DNA from: a bacterium
GTDB taxonomy: Bacteria > Patescibacteriota > JABMPQ01 > JBDRIV01
Assembly: GCA_043815505.1 (NCBI GenBank)
Contig: JBDRIV010000002.1
Location: forward strand, 182,943 to 246,942
DNA: 64,000 nucleotides
Direction: 5' to 3'
Shown here piece by piece: positions 60,461 through 64,000 of the stretch. Both the position numbers and the translations under genes were made by a program. Every line of letters starts with the position of its first letter. Positions within the stretch are counted from its first letter, which is position 1. The notes below the pieces were generated by a model. That model had not been told where the DNA came from and did not search any database. It saw nothing but the letters and a program-made list of their open reading frames with translations.

Positions 60461-62143
60461 TTACCAGCTACCGCCACCACCACCACCAAAACCACCACCA
60501 GAAAATCCACCACCGCCTACACCACTACCACCACTGGAAGCGGTGGTACCTAAATTGCTTTGTGAAGCAGCAGCAAAATTGGAAATTGATGATGCAAAGA
60601 GAACAGAATTAAATGTTCCGTAGTTGCCATGGTACCAATCTGGTTCTGACATTTGTAAATCCTTAAAAGCTTCAGCCCATTTTTCTTCAACTCCAAGAGC
60701 AATAGCATAGGGAAGTAATCTTTCAAATTCTTTGGGCGATTTCTCGGGAGCATTATGAAATTCTAAACGATCTTTTTCGGCTACTGTTAAATACAATTCC
60801 AAACCTTTAATATGTTCTTTCGCCAACACTCCTTTTTTTGTACGCTTGCCCATAAAGAAACTAAAAACAGTAATAATAGCACCACAAGTTACAACACTAA
60901 AAACAGTTACACCTTGATTAAGAAAACCACCCAACATCGGAGCAACGAAAGAAGCTACAATTATTCCTACAACCAAATACAATATTTTACTGGTGCTAGG
61001 ATTTTTTATAAAGTAACCCTTGGTGATTACTGTTTTGTAAACTTCTTTTAGAAAGTTTTGGACATGAGTGGCAAATTTTTGTTTATGATCTGAAAGATCT
61101 TTGGTTCCACCAGGAGTAGGAACTAAATTATTTAACAAATCAGTTTCATATTGAGAAAGTCCCGCCACTTCTTTTTTGGTTCTCGTGAAAGAGAAATCTT
61201 TTTTACCTTTTTGTGCAATTGTTAAATATCCTTTGACAGCCAAATTAATTATGGTGGAAGTTAATTCTCGGTAGCTAGCTTTTTCATCTACTATTGTTCC
61301 CACTTCTTCTGGATTTAAATTATCTGGGGGATCAAACTGCGCAATTATTGTACCTCGGCCTTTGGGGTCGCGACCTTTTTTCATATACAGCCAAATCATT
61401 AAAAACAAAGTGAAGGGAATAAGAATAATAGACCAGTTATCTTGAACAAAAAATATCCAAACGCTGGGATGTTCAACAATTCCTTTAGGCCAAGCTGCCG
61501 AAATTGTTAAACCTTCATAATGAGAAAGAGGGGAAGTAATAGCAAAAGCATATGTGTCTTCAGCAAAAACACCCTGACAAAGACCAGTATTTTCACCATA
61601 AGCACCAGTGTAACAAGAAACTTGCGCTTCTTCATTATTAATTGTCTGAGGCAAAACCACGCGAGCGCTGACTTGATTTATGGGCACTTCCCACATATCG
61701 CCAGTTACGTTCCAATAAAGTTCATCATAAGTTTCAGCTGATCCAATAGCACGCAAAACATTATATTTTATAATATAAGTTTGTTCGCCGGTTACCAACG
61801 TATTAGCATCACCAATCTTTATATATTGATAGCCGTTATTTTTGTAAGTTTCATAATTCCAAGGAATATCGTTTTCATCTTTTACAGATTGAACTTTCAA
61901 TCGTAACTTAAAATCTCCTTTGGCATCCTGATATTTATAGGGAATTGATCTATAAATGCCGTGACTTTCCTGATCGCCGAAATTGTAGACTATGGTTTCC
62001 GTAACATCAAAAGAAGCGTCCTCGTTTATTTCAATTAACACATCAAAACCATCAATTTGCTCTTTATAACTTTGAGCTCTTGATGATAGGGGCAAGAAAA
62101 ATAACAATAACACCAGAAAGTAAACTATCTTTTTTATATTCAT
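60461..62143 (-). CDS. DUF2207 family membrane protein
   Basis: VTETIVYNF, HGIYRSIP, ELYWNVTG, LLPYAIALG and a Gly-rich GGGGGGSW tail. Confidence 0.92.
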   Translation of the reverse strand: MNIKKIVYFLVLLLFFLPLSSRAQSYKEQIDGFDVLIEINEDASFDVTETIVYNFGDQESHGIYRSIPYKYQDAKGDFKLRLKVQSVKDENDIPWNYETYKNNGYQYIKIGDANTLVTGEQTYIIKYNVLRAIGSAETYDELYWNVTGDMWEVPINQVSARVVLPQTINNEEAQVSCYTGAYGENTGLCQGVFAEDTYAFAITSPLSHYEGLTISAAWPKGIVEHPSVWIFFVQDNWSIILIPFTLFLMIWLYMKKGRDPKGRGTIIAQFDPPDNLNPEEVGTIVDEKASYRELTSTIINLAVKGYLTIAQKGKKDFSFTRTKKEVAGLSQYETDLLNNLVPTPGGTKDLSDHKQKFATHVQNFLKEVYKTVITKGYFIKNPSTSKILYLVVGIIVASFVAPMLGGFLNQGVTVFSVVTCGAIITVFSFFMGKRTKKGVLAKEHIKGLELYLTVAEKDRLEFHNAPEKSPKEFERLLPYAIALGVEEKWAEAFKDLQMSEPDWYHGNYGTFNSVLFASSISNFAAASQSNLGTTASSGGSGVGGGGFSGGGFGGGGGGSW

Positions 62144-62152
62144 TGATTTGAG

Positions 62153-62950
62153 TTACTTTTTAGAAAAGAAAAGGGAAATTAAATAAATTCCTGTACCGAC
62201 TAAAATAATGGCTGGACCAGAAGGAATGTCAAAATAGAAGGAAAAAACAATTCCGGTGATGGTTGAAATTAAGCTTATGAGAATTGCTAATCCAACCATT
62301 TGTCTGAAACTGGAAGCAATATTTTTTGCAGCAGCAGCTGGAATTATTAAAAATCCTGTGATTAAAACTATGCCGATAATTTTAAAACTAAGAGCAATGG
62401 TTAAGGCGGTAATTAAGAAAAACCAGTATTCTAATCTTTTAGTTTTAACTTGAGCCACCTCAGCAAATTCTTGAGAAAAAGTTGAGAGCAGAAGTTCGCG
62501 TGTAAATCTAAATAAGAAAATTAAAATTATAGCAGCAATGGCTAGTGATAAATAAATATCATTTACTGTAACGGCTAGAATGTCACCAAACAGCAGGGTA
62601 AACAAGTCGGTTCTGTAGCCTGATAAAAAGCTAATAATAACCACACCCAGAGCAACACTGCCAGCAAAAATAACACCAATAACAGTATCAATTGAAGCTA
62701 AGGACTTATTTTTCAGAGCCACAATTCCTAAAGCTAATAAACAACAAAAAACAATAGCAGAAATAAAGGGAGAAATATTTAGCAATAAGCCAATGGCAAC
62801 ACCAGCTAGAGCGGCATGAGCGATAGCGTCGGAAAAGAAAGACATGCCGCGCAAAATCACAAATGTTCCTAAGAAAGCTGTAGTGGTTCCAATCAGCAGA
62901 CCGGATACTAAAGCTCTTTGTATAAAGGGAAAATCAAGAAACTCAATCAT
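62153..62950 (-). CDS. znuB: Zn/Mn ABC transporter permease
   Basis: FFSDAIAHAALAG, LFGDIL, PAAAA, PSGPAI. Confidence 0.9.
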   Translation of the reverse strand: MIEFLDFPFIQRALVSGLLIGTTTAFLGTFVILRGMSFFSDAIAHAALAGVAIGLLLNISPFISAIVFCCLLALGIVALKNKSLASIDTVIGVIFAGSVALGVVIISFLSGYRTDLFTLLFGDILAVTVNDIYLSLAIAAIILIFLFRFTRELLLSTFSQEFAEVAQVKTKRLEYWFFLITALTIALSFKIIGIVLITGFLIIPAAAAKNIASSFRQMVGLAILISLISTITGIVFSFYFDIPSGPAIILVGTGIYLISLFFSKK

Positions 62951-63665
62951 GGGCGTGGTCTTTATGTCTTTCTAGTTTGGTTAGAGGCATGCCATACATT
63001 TCTTCTAAAACTTTAGCATTTAAAACATCGCGTGGTTTACCTACACAAACCATTTTTTTGTTTAAACACAAAACTTGGGTGGCGTAGGTGTAGGCGACAT
63101 CCAAATCATGGGAAATCATTATAATGGTGGTTTTTTCGTCGCGATTCACTTCGGCTAAATAATCAAACATGTTTTTTTGTCCACCCACATCAACTCCAGC
63201 AGCAAACTCATCTAAGAAAAGCACTTTTGGTTTTTTAGTTAAAACTGCAGCCAGAAGAATTCTTTGAAACTCTCCACCAGATAACTGGCCGAGTCTTTTG
63301 TTAAATAGTTTTTCTACACCAAAAATTTCTCTAAATTTGATTAATTCTTTTGGCAACCAAAAACCGCAGTCCTTCAAATAACTGCGGAAGAATTCTTTAA
63401 CAGTAATTGGAATGGTGGGATCTACCGCCAAACGCTGGGGGACATAGCCAACTTCATCCAATGTAAAATTTGTTTCTAAACCTCCACTATTGGGACTTTG
63501 TAATCCCAGCATTACTCGCATTAATTGTGTTTTGCCGGCACCATTAGGACCAATAATTATGGAAAAACTTTCCTCAGGAACAGAAAAGCTAATATTGGAA
63601 AATATTTCTACCTCCCCATATTTAAGGGAAAGACCCTTGAGATTAATCAGATTATTTGTATTCAT
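62943..63665 (-). CDS. znuC: Zn/Mn ABC transporter ATP-binding protein
   Basis: GPNGAGKT, GYVPQ, LSGGEFQR, LDE, ISHD, His-rich tail. Confidence 0.9.
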   Translation of the reverse strand: MNTNNLINLKGLSLKYGEVEIFSNISFSVPEESFSIIIGPNGAGKTQLMRVMLGLQSPNSGGLETNFTLDEVGYVPQRLAVDPTIPITVKEFFRSYLKDCGFWLPKELIKFREIFGVEKLFNKRLGQLSGGEFQRILLAAVLTKKPKVLFLDEFAAGVDVGGQKNMFDYLAEVNRDEKTTIIMISHDLDVAYTYATQVLCLNKKMVCVGKPRDVLNAKVLEEMYGMPLTKLERHKDHAHD

Positions 63666-63744
63666 ACTTTATATTATAGTAGGCAAAAAGCTTTTTGTAT
63701 AGCAACTTTACAAATTACCAATTTAAACTTAAACTGAAAAAAGT

Positions 63745-64000
63745 ATGAGGAAAACTATTCAAAATCTACCAGCCTTAATTATGCTTTCAATATTTGTGGG
63801 TGTTTTTTTGTTTATGTCTTTGGGATCAATCTTTGCTTCCGAGTTTTGGTATGATGAAGCCTTCACCGGCATTGTCATAAGACAAGATTGGGGAGAAATG
63901 TTTAAGCTTTTACAAGGTGATGTTCATCCGCCACTTTATTATACTGGTTTAAAACTTTATAGTATGTCTGGTGCCGGCGGCGACGGACTTTTACGCAGCT
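63745..64000 (+). CDS. GT39/PMT-like membrane glycosyltransferase (5' part only)
   Basis: Manual translation MRKTIQNLPALIML...FWYDEAFT...DVHPPLYY; runs off the window. Confidence 0.8.
   Translation, partial: MRKTIQNLPALIMLSIFVGVFLFMSLGSIFASEFWYDEAFTGIVIRQDWGEMFKLLQGDVHPPLYYTGLKLYSMSGAGGDGLLRS

Overview
AT-rich bacterial chromosome segment read with genetic code 11. The gene content points to a Patescibacteria/CPR-like monoderm (inference): a type IV pilus cluster without a PilQ secretin, HisKA_7TM sensors, large FG-GAP-tailed surface proteins and few SD sites on housekeeping genes. The left part holds partial clpC, recX, three large exported proteins, a full type IV pilus locus (pilMNO, pilB, receiver, pilT, pilC, pilins, pilD, minor pilins), ligA, gatCA and a cyclophilin. 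The middle (27-45.6 kb) is a patchwork of accessory cassettes. The best candidate for a new system is an unannotated 46-aa peptide gene (43554-43694, MEELKMIQEQETEYQGSRFASMEVFDTDTSCCDCDCDCDCGDTDNY) directly upstream of a radical SAM/SPASM enzyme with a C-terminal RRE-like domain and a transglutaminase-like Cys protease, all bracketed by a perfect 36-bp direct repeat. Next to it is a possible signalling island: a LuxI/FeeM-like acyltransferase, a methyltransferase, one 7TM-GAF histidine kinase and two kinase-less 7TM-GAF paralogs. Also present are a MITE-like element at the gatC start codon, several structured leaders and a candidate sRNA. No rRNA, tRNA or CRISPR array was recognised. All calls come from reading motifs by eye; no database searches were run.
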